A DNA stretch of 41,681 nucleotides, taken from an uncultured Rhodothermales bacterium. Its GTDB lineage: Bacteria; Bacteroidota; Rhodothermia; Rhodothermales; UBA10348. The position numbers were made by a program, and so were the translations under genes. Shown here in pieces: positions 31,952 to 40,152 of the stretch (within the stretch, counting starts at the first letter, position 1; each line of letters starts with the position of its first letter). Where the stretch lies: assembly GCA_964466675.1 (NCBI GenBank), contig CAYXSE010000004.1, forward strand, positions 1-41,681, given 5' to 3'. The notes beneath the pieces are model-generated. The model was not told the DNA's origin. It ran no database searches and saw only the letters and a list, made by a program, of their open reading frames with translations.

Positions 31952-32024
31952 GCCCTCGTAGCTCAGGGGATAGAGCGTCGGTTTCCTAAACCGCAGGTCG
32001 CAGGTTCGAATCCTGCCGAGGGTA
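31952..32024 (+). tRNA. tRNA-Arg (anticodon CCU)
   Basis: Hand-folded cloverleaf:
- acceptor GCCCTCG / CGAGGGT (G1-U72 wobble)
- D arm GCTC-AGGGGATA-GAGC
- anticodon arm TCGGT-TTCCTAA-ACCGC (CCT at 31985-31987; the first stem pair is mismatched)
- 5-nt variable loop
- T arm GCAGG-TTCGAAT-CCTGC
- discriminator A

No CCA is encoded. Confidence 0.9.
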
Positions 32025-32027
32025 CAT

Positions 32028-33101
32028 TCACGACTCCGACTGCCGGGCGTAGTGAGAGGGCACTTCGCGATGGCCGTTCGTACACACCGCTCCCGGACTG
32101 CACCGACAGGGATGTAAGCCGGCGGTCGACGGCGAATCTCCGCTCAGGAACGGCTCTACAAGATCGCCCAGAATGGTCGCCACCCTGGCGTGGTCCGAAG
32201 GTGTCGGCACCCTGTGCATCGTCATCCCCAGAGCCTCGACTTTCTCCCGAAAGTCCAGGTCCAACTCGGCCAGTGTCTCGGACTGTTCGTGGATGAAGCT
32301 GATGGGCTCCACCACCAACCGTGTTGCGCTCACCGTCGGAAGGTGCGACTCATTGCTCGGCTCCGTCCACGCGATGCCACGATTACTGTGGTTCTGGTAC
32401 CCCAAGGTGTACGGGACGTCTCCCAGCAGATTGGCGATGCGCTCGCAGTGTTCCTCGACGTATCCATCGTACCGGCTGCCCAGATCCAGGTACTTGATTG
32501 GCGTGCCATGTGCCGAGAAATAAAGCAGCGTACCCGGACCTTTTAGATCGAGGCCCTCGTCGGCAACGAAGTTGCGAATGTTCTCGGCACGATAGGCGGT
32601 GTACGCGCTGTCGTGGTGCCACGCAGTCAATTCGTGAACCGGGACCGCCCAGTTCATTGCCTGAGTAGATTCCCGAACGGCGCGCAGGGCCGCTACGTTG
32701 GTGGAGAATCCGCAGATCGGATAAATGGGCAGCGAGACGATCGTGTCCATGCCCTCTTCGCGGGCGTTTGCCACGGCTGATGAAATAGACGGCTCGGTAA
32801 ACTGCATGCCGAGGTAGGTGCTGACGTCGTACCCTCTTCGCTGCAGCTCTCCCTCAAGCGCCTGGGCCTCTGCCCTCGCCTGAGCGTTGAGAGGAGATCC
32901 GCCGATGCGTTCGTAGTCCGCAATCAGCCCGGGTGCTCTGGCCTGGGCAAGCTGCGCGGCCCGAGCCCTTCGGGCTTCCTCGGTAGGGAATCGCTCCAGG
33001 GGAGCGTTGCTGAAAAAGATGCGCTCTAGAAATGGGACCACCTCGTCCATGGTGGGGGCTTCCGGCTCCCCGAAATTCAGCATGAGGATGCCAACTTTCA
33101 T
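32028..33101 (-). CDS. hemH: Ferrochelatase (coproporphyrin ferrochelatase type by context) with a Cys-rich C-terminal extension
   Basis: MKVGILMLNFGEP..., YFSAHGTPIKY, EPISFIHEQSETLAELD, and the C-terminal CRCSPGAVC. The stop is 3 nt from the convergent tRNA 3' end. Confidence 0.9.
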   Translation of the reverse strand: MKVGILMLNFGEPEAPTMDEVVPFLERIFFSNAPLERFPTEEARRARAAQLAQARAPGLIADYERIGGSPLNAQARAEAQALEGELQRRGYDVSTYLGMQFTEPSISSAVANAREEGMDTIVSLPIYPICGFSTNVAALRAVRESTQAMNWAVPVHELTAWHHDSAYTAYRAENIRNFVADEGLDLKGPGTLLYFSAHGTPIKYLDLGSRYDGYVEEHCERIANLLGDVPYTLGYQNHSNRGIAWTEPSNESHLPTVSATRLVVEPISFIHEQSETLAELDLDFREKVEALGMTMHRVPTPSDHARVATILGDLVEPFLSGDSPSTAGLHPCRCSPGAVCTNGHREVPSHYARQSES

Positions 33102-34390
33102 CGGCTCAGACTCTTGAAGGCCACGGAGGCTCCGCGGTAGGTCGCTTCGATCTCGGTCTCTCCGTGTGCCGAGGACACGAAACAGGCCTCAAACTGCGAG
33201 GGTGGCAGGTAGATGCCCTCCTCCAACAGCGCCGTGAAAAACATCCCAAACCGGGCGGTGTCGGCGGTCTTCACCGAAGTCCAGTTGGTGATCGGACCTG
33301 TCGCGAAATAGGTGCAGAACATGGTCCCAACACGGGTCTGGGTCACCGTCTCGCCCGCCTCGCTGGCTGCCGTCGCAATGGCCTCGACAATGCGTTCGGT
33401 AGTGCGGGCGATCCCCTGCCAGACTCCTTCTCGCTGCAGCTCCCGCAGCGTCACAACGCCCGCAGTCATGGCCAGGGGATTTCCGGATAGCGTGCCGGCT
33501 TGATAGACTGGGCCGGATGGCGCGACCAGTTCCATGATATCCCGACGCCCGCCATAGGCACCAACGGGAAGCCCACCGCCTATCACTTTGCCGAGTGCAG
33601 TCAAGTCTGGAGTGACCCCGTAGAGAGCTTGGGCGCCACCCGGGTGGACTCTGAATCCGGTCATCACCTCGTCGAAGATCAGCAGGGTGTCGGCGTCACG
33701 GGTCAGTGCGCGGATGCCTTCGAGATATCCCTCCACTGGAGGCACAACGCCCATGTTACCGGCAACGGGCTCCATGATGACGGCGGCAATCTGCGCCTTG
33801 TGCGCCTCCATGCACCGCTGCACGGCGTCCAAGTCATTGTAGGGCAGGACGATGGTATTGGCGACTGCACCCTTGGGAACGCCGGGCGAATCGGGCAACC
33901 CGAGCGTCGCTACTCCCGACCCAGCCTGGACCAGCAGCATGTCGGCATGCCCGTGATAGTTGCCCTCGAACTTGATGATTTTGTCGCGTTCGGTGAACGC
34001 ACGGGCCACGCGGATTACGCTCATGGTGGCCTCCGTCCCCGAGTTCACAAACCGCACCATTTCGATGGCTGGCATGAACGATTGGACCAGCCGCGCGAGT
34101 TCGACTTCAAGCGGACTCGGCGCTCCAAAGCTGGTCCCACGGGCAGCCGCCACTCCGAGAGCCTTAACCACCTCGGGGGCTGAGTGCCCCAGAATCAGGG
34201 GGCCGAAGGAGAGCACATAGTCGATGTACGAATGGCCGTCCACGTCGGTCATTCTGGCGCCCTCGGCGTGGTCGATGAACAGCGGTTGCCCGCCTACACT
34301 GCGAAAGGCGCGTGCGGGGGAATCGACTCCGCCGGGCAAGAGCGCTTGGGCCTCCTTGAACAGTTCGATCGATCTGGAGATATCTCTCAT
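33098..34390 (-). CDS. hemL: Glutamate-1-semialdehyde 2,1-aminomutase
   Basis: MRDISRSIELFKEAQALLPGGVDSPARAFRSVGG...FVNSGTEATM...FEGNYHGH...LIFDEVMTGFR...LGKVIGGGLP. The ATG at 34390 forms an ATGA overlap with the hemY stop. The track's extension to 34576 was rejected. Confidence 0.92.
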   Translation of the reverse strand: MRDISRSIELFKEAQALLPGGVDSPARAFRSVGGQPLFIDHAEGARMTDVDGHSYIDYVLSFGPLILGHSAPEVVKALGVAAARGTSFGAPSPLEVELARLVQSFMPAIEMVRFVNSGTEATMSVIRVARAFTERDKIIKFEGNYHGHADMLLVQAGSGVATLGLPDSPGVPKGAVANTIVLPYNDLDAVQRCMEAHKAQIAAVIMEPVAGNMGVVPPVEGYLEGIRALTRDADTLLIFDEVMTGFRVHPGGAQALYGVTPDLTALGKVIGGGLPVGAYGGRRDIMELVAPSGPVYQAGTLSGNPLAMTAGVVTLRELQREGVWQGIARTTERIVEAIATAASEAGETVTQTRVGTMFCTYFATGPITNWTSVKTADTARFGMFFTALLEEGIYLPPSQFEACFVSSAHGETEIEATYRGASVAFKSLSR

Positions 34391-35748
34391 TGGTCGCGTA
34401 AATACGTGGTTACAAACTGGGCGGTCTCCGTGGCCTGACGCACACAGTCGGGAATGCCCACTCCGCGGTAGGCTGCGCCAGTCAGGAAGAGCCCCGGGTA
34501 GTTTCGCAGTCTTGAATCGAGCAGCGCCATCCGGGCGGGGTGTCCCATGGTATAGGCCGGTTGCTCTTTGATCCACCTCTGGACGCGGTGAAATTTGGGT
34601 TCATCCCGGATGCCGAGGGTGTCCTGCAACTCTTCCGCGGCACAGACCATTAACTCCCTGTCCGTGGCGGTGAGCCAGGGATCGTCAGTGGAGCGGCCAA
34701 AGAACAGTCTCAGAAGAACGCTGCCCTCCGGAGCCCGTCCAGGAATCTTGCTAGATGACCAGGTACAGGCGCGAACAGGCTTACCCTCTGACTCCGGATT
34801 CAGGTAGCCGTAGCCGTCCAGCGCCCTCGGTACCCTGTCTTCCCGAAACGCGAGCGTCAGAATCGCCGAGGAGTTGTAGGGGATCTGGTTCAAAACAGCC
34901 GCCACCTCGTCGAGGGACGAGAGCATCCCGGCGGCCGCGTAGGCCGGGACCGTGCAGATGACAGCATCAAAGGAGTCCTTCTCGCTTGTCTCAACTGCCC
35001 ATTTTCCCGAGTCGGGATATACGCGCTTCACCTCAAATCCGGTACGAACGGTTGCTCCACTCCGGGCAAGAAGTGCGTCGGTCAGCGACTGCATCCCTCC
35101 CGCCAATGTGTGAAATACGGAGCCCGTACTCGGAGGCCGCTTCCGTGCAGCGCGCACCAGGCTCCCGTGCTCACGCTCCATGGTCTGAAACTGGGGGAAC
35201 GTGGCCTTCAGACTGAGGGCGTCCACGTCTCCACCGTAGATGCCTCCAAGTAGGGGGCGCACCAGTCGCTCATAAGCCTCACTGCCAAAGCGACGACGCA
35301 CGAAGGACCCAAGGGACTCGTCGTCAGCCTCCGATCCGGCGGGAATCCACGGCTCAAGGCCGACTCTCATCTTGGCCATTGGAGAAAGAAGCGAGGTCCG
35401 CGCGAGTCCCCACCATGACGTCGGAACGAGACCACCAAACCCCGCGGGAAGCGCGTGAAGCCGGTTTCCGCGTCGGATGAAACTGCCCTTCACCGACTGG
35501 TTGGTGGATATCGGTTCCAACCCAAGCTCCCGACATAATTCGGTGGCCCATGGCTTTCGGGCAAGAAATACGTCGGGCCCGTGTTCGATGGTGAAGCCGT
35601 CCGTGTACTCGGTCTTCAGCTTGCCACCAGCGCGCGCCGCGCGCTCGAAGCATTCTACTTCGCACCGCGGGATCAACTGCCCCAATTTGTACGCCACCGT
35701 CAGACCGGTGAGGCCGGCCCCGATCACGGCAACACGCGGCGCCTTCAA
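34387..35748 (-). CDS. hemY: Protoporphyrinogen/coproporphyrinogen III oxidase (HemY/CgoX, FAD-dependent)
   Basis: (M)KAPRVAVIGAGLTGLTVAYKL dinucleotide fold and the C-terminal LFLTGAAYRGVGIPDCV. The chosen TTG at 35748 overlaps the hemE stop (TTGA). The track's extension to 35901 lies inside hemE. Confidence 0.85.
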   Translation of the reverse strand: MKAPRVAVIGAGLTGLTVAYKLGQLIPRCEVECFERAARAGGKLKTEYTDGFTIEHGPDVFLARKPWATELCRELGLEPISTNQSVKGSFIRRGNRLHALPAGFGGLVPTSWWGLARTSLLSPMAKMRVGLEPWIPAGSEADDESLGSFVRRRFGSEAYERLVRPLLGGIYGGDVDALSLKATFPQFQTMEREHGSLVRAARKRPPSTGSVFHTLAGGMQSLTDALLARSGATVRTGFEVKRVYPDSGKWAVETSEKDSFDAVICTVPAYAAAGMLSSLDEVAAVLNQIPYNSSAILTLAFREDRVPRALDGYGYLNPESEGKPVRACTWSSSKIPGRAPEGSVLLRLFFGRSTDDPWLTATDRELMVCAAEELQDTLGIRDEPKFHRVQRWIKEQPAYTMGHPARMALLDSRLRNYPGLFLTGAAYRGVGIPDCVRQATETAQFVTTYLRDQ

Positions 35749-36779
35749 CGCGCTGAGAACTCGTGCACGAAGTCGACCAACCTCCGGACGTTGTCGACCG
35801 GCGTGCCGGGAAGAATTCCATGCCCGACGTTGAAGATGTGGCCGGGTCGGCCGTCTGCCCGGGTCAGGACGTCTTCCGCAGCGGCCTTGAGAGTTGGCCA
35901 CGGGGCCTGCAAGACGACGGGATCGAGATTGCCCTGAATCGCCACGTCATGCCCAATCTGCTCCCACGCTGCATCAATGGGCACGCGGAAATCCACGCCG
36001 ATCACGTCACCGCCGGCTGCCGCGACGGACCGAAGATACCCAGCCGTTCCGGTGCTGAAGTTGACCACCGGAAGACCCGTCTTCTGTGCGGCCCCCACCA
36101 CTCGTCGGGTGTACGGGAGGACAAACTCTTCGTAGTCCAATTGCCCGACTGCTCCGGCCCAGGAGTCGAAAATCTGGAGGGCATCGGCGCCAGCTTTTGC
36201 CTGCTCGGTCAGGTAGTCGGCGACCACCGTGGTCAGCTTCTCCATCAGCGTGTGCCACCCGACCGGGTCCGAGTACATCAAACCCTTGGCATGCGTGTAG
36301 CTCTTGGAGCCTCCGCCTTCCAGGGCGTAGCTGGCCAGGGTAAAGGGAGCCCCCGAAAAACCGATCAGCGGCCGGCCGCTTGGCTCCAGTTCGCGCTTGA
36401 CAAGCCGAATGGCCTCGAGTGTGCCGGCCATGACCTCGGCCATCGGTGGCTGGGCCAATCGTTCGATATCTGCTCGCGATCGAATGGGGTTGTCCAGTCG
36501 CGGACCCACCCCCTTTTCGAAATCCAGATTGAGGCCCATTCCCTTCAGCGGGGGCAGGATATCCGAAAAGATGATGGCCGCGTCCAGGTCGAACGCCTTC
36601 ACGGGCTGCAGCGTGATCTCTGCGGCCAACTCCGGCGTGTTGATGGCCTCGAGCATGGAGTGCTCCGCGCGAATCGCCCGATACTCGGGCATATAGCGGC
36701 CCGCCTGGCGCATCAGCCAGATGGGCGTTGCATCCGTTTGCTCCCGCCGACAGGCTTTGAGGAATCGACTATTTTCCAT
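35745..36779 (-). CDS. hemE: Uroporphyrinogen decarboxylase
   Basis: MENSRFLKACRREQTDATPIWLMRQAGRYMPEYR...FSDIL...GFSGAPFTLASY. The ATG is at 36779. The track's upstream extension overlaps hemQ. Confidence 0.92.
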   Translation of the reverse strand: MENSRFLKACRREQTDATPIWLMRQAGRYMPEYRAIRAEHSMLEAINTPELAAEITLQPVKAFDLDAAIIFSDILPPLKGMGLNLDFEKGVGPRLDNPIRSRADIERLAQPPMAEVMAGTLEAIRLVKRELEPSGRPLIGFSGAPFTLASYALEGGGSKSYTHAKGLMYSDPVGWHTLMEKLTTVVADYLTEQAKAGADALQIFDSWAGAVGQLDYEEFVLPYTRRVVGAAQKTGLPVVNFSTGTAGYLRSVAAAGGDVIGVDFRVPIDAAWEQIGHDVAIQGNLDPVVLQAPWPTLKAAAEDVLTRADGRPGHIFNVGHGILPGTPVDNVRRLVDFVHEFSAR

Positions 36780-37521
36780 TGGGCTCGGGGTACACTGCGT
36801 TCTGCCAGACCGCCCGCCCGACAAAGAACGGCCCCATCGATTCGATATAACCGGCCGTCTGCTTGGTACTGCGCATGTGCTCGACAATCTTGGAAATGGG
36901 GGTCAGCTCCTTTCCTACCAGCGCCACCACAAAGTCGTTGTCATTCCGGTCCAAGCCGTGACACGATAGCCGGACGTCGTGACCGAGATCCTCCTTTCCG
37001 TAGGCACGGCCTATGCCTCCGTGCTCCATCAGCATGGTGCGCTGCTCGTCTGCCGACAACAGCGAAAACGCCCCTGACCGCCTGAGCGGATACCAGATAG
37101 CCCACCGCCAATCCGGATTGCAGGCGTGTCGAATGGGCCGCTTCAGCAGTACGTCTTCCAGATTCCGCTCGTAGCCAATGGAATAGGTCCGGCCCGATAG
37201 CGTCATGTCCGGCCTGGAGAGCATCTTGGAAAACGGCGCTGTTCGGAGGATGCGACGAAAGCCCTCCACAAACCACGTCGGATCCTTGGCGTACGTCAAG
37301 ATGCCGACCGATTGCGGATCCAGGAAATCTGCGTAGAGAACCCCCGGAAAGTTGACCTCCTCGAGCGCCGGAATCAGCGACTCAACCGACGGGGCGGCCT
37401 CAAACACGTGAAGCTGCATGTAGAGCCGCGTGTCGGCGAAGATCACCTCGCCCGTCTCGCTGCGACCCTTCTCGGCCCCTTTGACGCCCTCCGGCTTTTC
37501 TATTTCTATTGCTAAGGCCAT
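36769..37521 (-). CDS. hemQ: Chlorite-dismutase-family protein, HemQ/ChdC-like coproheme decarboxylase
   Basis: ...TRLYMQLHVFEA...SGRTYSIGYE...WAIWYPLRRSGAFSLLSADEQRTMLMEHGGIGRAYG...VRLSCHGLDRNDNDFVVALVG...MRSTKQTAGYI matches the Cld/HemQ family pattern as I remember it. It sits inside the heme operon. I chose the ATG at 37521; the GTG at 37542 is an alternative. Confidence 0.8.
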   Translation of the reverse strand: MALAIEIEKPEGVKGAEKGRSETGEVIFADTRLYMQLHVFEAAPSVESLIPALEEVNFPGVLYADFLDPQSVGILTYAKDPTWFVEGFRRILRTAPFSKMLSRPDMTLSGRTYSIGYERNLEDVLLKRPIRHACNPDWRWAIWYPLRRSGAFSLLSADEQRTMLMEHGGIGRAYGKEDLGHDVRLSCHGLDRNDNDFVVALVGKELTPISKIVEHMRSTKQTAGYIESMGPFFVGRAVWQNAVYPEPNGK

Positions 37522-38525
37522 GTTAAGTTGGACGCCAGCCACCGAGCGGCGTCTTTGGCGTGATAGGTGAAAATGATATCTGCGCCCGCTCGCTTGAAGG
37601 CCAGGAGCGTCTCTAGCACGGCTGACCGTTCGTCCAACCAGCCACGCTCTGCGGCCGCCTTGATCATGGCGTACTCCCCGCTGACGTGGTACACCGCGAT
37701 CGGAAGTTCGGGGACGTGGTCGCGCAGAGCTCGGACTACATCAAGGTACGGGAGCCCTGGTTTGACCATGAGTATGTCTGCACCCTCTTCGGCGTCCAGC
37801 GTAGCCTCTCGGACGGCCTCGGCCACATTGGCCGGATTCATTTGATAGGTCTTCTTGTCCTCCGGGACACCGCTCAGGGTGCGCGGAGCCGAGTCCAATG
37901 CCTCGCGAAACGGGCCGTAAAAGGAAGACGCATACTTGGCCGTGTAGGACAGAATGCCCACGTCCCTGTAGTCTGCAGAGTCGAGGGCGAAGCGGATCGC
38001 AGCCACCCGGCCGTCCATCATGTCGGACGGCGCTATCAGGTCCGCCCCGGCCTCGGCGTGCAGCACCGCCATCTTTGCCAGGAGAGGGAGTGTGCCATCA
38101 TTGTCGATGACCCCATCGATCACTAGCCCGTCGTGCCCATCAGACGAATACGGATCGAGGGCCGCGTCGGTGATCACCAGCAAATTGGGACAGGCGGACT
38201 TGACCGCCTGGATGGCTCGGGGGTAGAGTCCCTTCGGATCCAACGCCTGACTTGCCCGCGGATCCTTCAGGCCGTCCTCGATGGCGGGAAAGAGGGCCAC
38301 CGCCCTTATTCCGAGTCCCGCGATCTCCTCGCATTCCAGAACCAGTTCGTCTACGGAGAGCCGAAACTGACCCGGCATGGCTCCAATCCCCTCCCGGATT
38401 CCCGATCCCTCCTTTACGAACAGAGGCGCCACGAAATCATCTACCGTAACGTGATACTCCTGGACCAGGGCGCGGATGGCGGGAGAACGCCTGAGTCGGC
38501 GGGGACGATGCGAAAGAAAGCTCAT
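37512..38525 (-). CDS. hemB: Porphobilinogen synthase (delta-aminolevulinate dehydratase), Asp-rich (zinc-independent) type
   Basis: RPRRLRRSPAIRALVQE...APLFV, active-site region DAALDPYSSDGHDG (Asp in place of the Cys triad), MVKPGLPYLD (Schiff-base Lys) and YHVSGEYAM. Confidence 0.92.
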   Translation of the reverse strand: MSFLSHRPRRLRRSPAIRALVQEYHVTVDDFVAPLFVKEGSGIREGIGAMPGQFRLSVDELVLECEEIAGLGIRAVALFPAIEDGLKDPRASQALDPKGLYPRAIQAVKSACPNLLVITDAALDPYSSDGHDGLVIDGVIDNDGTLPLLAKMAVLHAEAGADLIAPSDMMDGRVAAIRFALDSADYRDVGILSYTAKYASSFYGPFREALDSAPRTLSGVPEDKKTYQMNPANVAEAVREATLDAEEGADILMVKPGLPYLDVVRALRDHVPELPIAVYHVSGEYAMIKAAAERGWLDERSAVLETLLAFKRAGADIIFTYHAKDAARWLASNLTWP

Positions 38526-39241
38526 TGAGAGTCCAGATCATTGAAATGGCGGGCCAGCACATCCACGAGACCTTGGGCGGTCTGGGGATCGGCCACCACA
38601 TCAACCAGCAGGCCGCAATTCTGTGCCGCCTGGCTCGTCACGGATCCAATACAGGCAATCACCATCTGCTTCGGTGGCGCCTGCCCGGCGAGCTCCAGGT
38701 AGCCCGTCACCGTCGAGGGGCTGGTGAACGTGAGTGCGTGCAGGTCGGACGGCGGCGGCCCACCCGGAGAGGAGGTCACCGTCCTGTACGCGGCGTAGGT
38801 GACCACTTCGCCACCGCGAAGCCCAAGCTCCCGTGCCAGGACCGGCCTTGCACCCTCCGCCTGGGGGATAATCACGCGGCGGCCCAAGACGTCCCCTACC
38901 GCGTGCGCCAAGTGCTCTGCGTCAAAAACCTCTGGTACCACCTCCACCGAGAGCCCGGCCTCCTGCAGGGCAGCCTCGGTTGCCGAGCCGACCGCCGCGA
39001 TGCGAACCCCCGGCGGGACGAGGCCGGGCTCCAGGTAGAAGCGGACTCCGTTCACACTCGAAAAAACCAGCCAGTCTCCGGGCCTCGGGACCGGGCGATT
39101 CCTACCCCTTGCTGGGACGACCGCGATCGTGGGATAGCGTACTGCTTCGAACCCTGCCCGCTCTAGCAGGATGCAAAGGGACCCGGCCTGCTCTGCCGCC
39201 CTCGTCACGAGTGCCCGTCTTCTGGGTAGGTACTCATTCAT
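38522..39241 (-). CDS. hemD: Uroporphyrinogen-III synthase
   Basis: 239 aa: RRALVTRAAEQAGSLCILLERAGFEAVRYPTI...WLVFSSVNGV...LTFTSPSTV. It sits between hemC and hemB, with 4-nt and 8-nt overlaps with its neighbours. Confidence 0.8.
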   Translation of the reverse strand: MNEYLPRRRALVTRAAEQAGSLCILLERAGFEAVRYPTIAVVPARGRNRPVPRPGDWLVFSSVNGVRFYLEPGLVPPGVRIAAVGSATEAALQEAGLSVEVVPEVFDAEHLAHAVGDVLGRRVIIPQAEGARPVLARELGLRGGEVVTYAAYRTVTSSPGGPPPSDLHALTFTSPSTVTGYLELAGQAPPKQMVIACIGSVTSQAAQNCGLLVDVVADPQTAQGLVDVLARHFNDLDSQ

Positions 39242-40145
39242 TGATCAGCCGCGCCGCGCCTCCGGCCAGGGCCTCCTCTGCCAAGGCAATTCCAAGCGCA
39301 GCCGGGTCACGCCCCTCACCCCGGACCCGAATCTCCTTCCTGCCGTCGAGAGAGAGCACGATGCCTTCGAGTATGACCACATCTCTTGTCAGCCGCGCGA
39401 GGGCTCCCAAAGGAGATGAACACCCGGCCTGCAGCCCAGCCAGAAAAGCGCGCTCGGCGGTCGTGGTAGAACGGGCTTCCGGATCGTCAAGGACAGCCAG
39501 GAAGTCCATCAGTTCGTGGTCGTCCTCGCGGCACTGCACCCCGATGGCCCCTTGACCCGGGGCCGGCAGCATGACCTCGGGCGACAAGCGCTCCGTGATG
39601 GAATCTCCCAGGCCGAGTCGCACCAGGCCGGAGACGGCCAGAATGCTGGCATCGTAGAGACCGTCCAAAACCTTCTGAAGGCGGGTCGGAACGTTGCCCC
39701 GGATAGATCGAATCTGGAGATCAGGCCGGTGCTTGAGGACCTGTGCCGTGCGCCTCGTGCTACTCGTCCCCACCAAGGACCCCGGTGGAAGGTCCATCAG
39801 TCCTTGCCCGTTGCCGGAAACCAGCGCGTCCAGGGCCTCGGCCCGGTTTAGCACGGCAGCCACCACGATTCCGGGTGGCGAAGCCGTGGGCAAGTCTTTC
39901 AACGAGTGAACGGCCATGTCGATGGCGCAGGTACGAATCGCACTCTCTAATTCGGCTGTAAACAGTCCCTTGCCGCCGATCTCCGGGAGGGGGGTGTCTA
40001 GAATCCGGTCTCCCTTGGTGGTGAATGGCGAGGCTTCGACCCGAAGGCTCGGCCACGCGGCTGTCAGTCCGGCAAGTACATGGTCAGTCTGCCAGATTGC
40101 GAGCCTGGAAGTACGCGTCCCGGCTCGGAATATACGGTCAGCCAC
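39234..40145 (-). CDS. hemC: Hydroxymethylbilane synthase (porphobilinogen deaminase)
   Basis: RAGTRTSRLAIWQTDHV...TKGDRILD...GGKGLFTAELE...DMAVHSLKDLPT...RGNVPTRL...LPAPGQGAIGVQCR...GCSSPLGA (cofactor Cys). Confidence 0.92.
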   Translation of the reverse strand: MADRIFRAGTRTSRLAIWQTDHVLAGLTAAWPSLRVEASPFTTKGDRILDTPLPEIGGKGLFTAELESAIRTCAIDMAVHSLKDLPTASPPGIVVAAVLNRAEALDALVSGNGQGLMDLPPGSLVGTSSTRRTAQVLKHRPDLQIRSIRGNVPTRLQKVLDGLYDASILAVSGLVRLGLGDSITERLSPEVMLPAPGQGAIGVQCREDDHELMDFLAVLDDPEARSTTTAERAFLAGLQAGCSSPLGALARLTRDVVILEGIVLSLDGRKEIRVRGEGRDPAALGIALAEEALAGGAARLINE

Positions 40146-40152
40146 GGAGCCC

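Noticed and set aside
34391-34576. Long N-terminal extensions suggested by the track for hemL. The same applies to hemY up to 35901, hemE up to 36887, rsmE from 6388, the MFS gene up to 12139, pseB from 13117, the decarboxylase beta subunit from 22050 and the GT-B gene up to 29303
   Set aside because: Each extension overlaps the preceding well-supported gene and adds Arg/Pro-rich sequence ahead of a canonical family N-terminus. Internal starts that form ATGA/TTGA overlaps fit better.
35763-37085. 440-aa + strand ORF, the longest unassigned ORF in the track
   Set aside because: It is entirely antisense to hemE and hemQ, which have textbook motifs. Its translation is Arg/Gly/Pro-rich noise.
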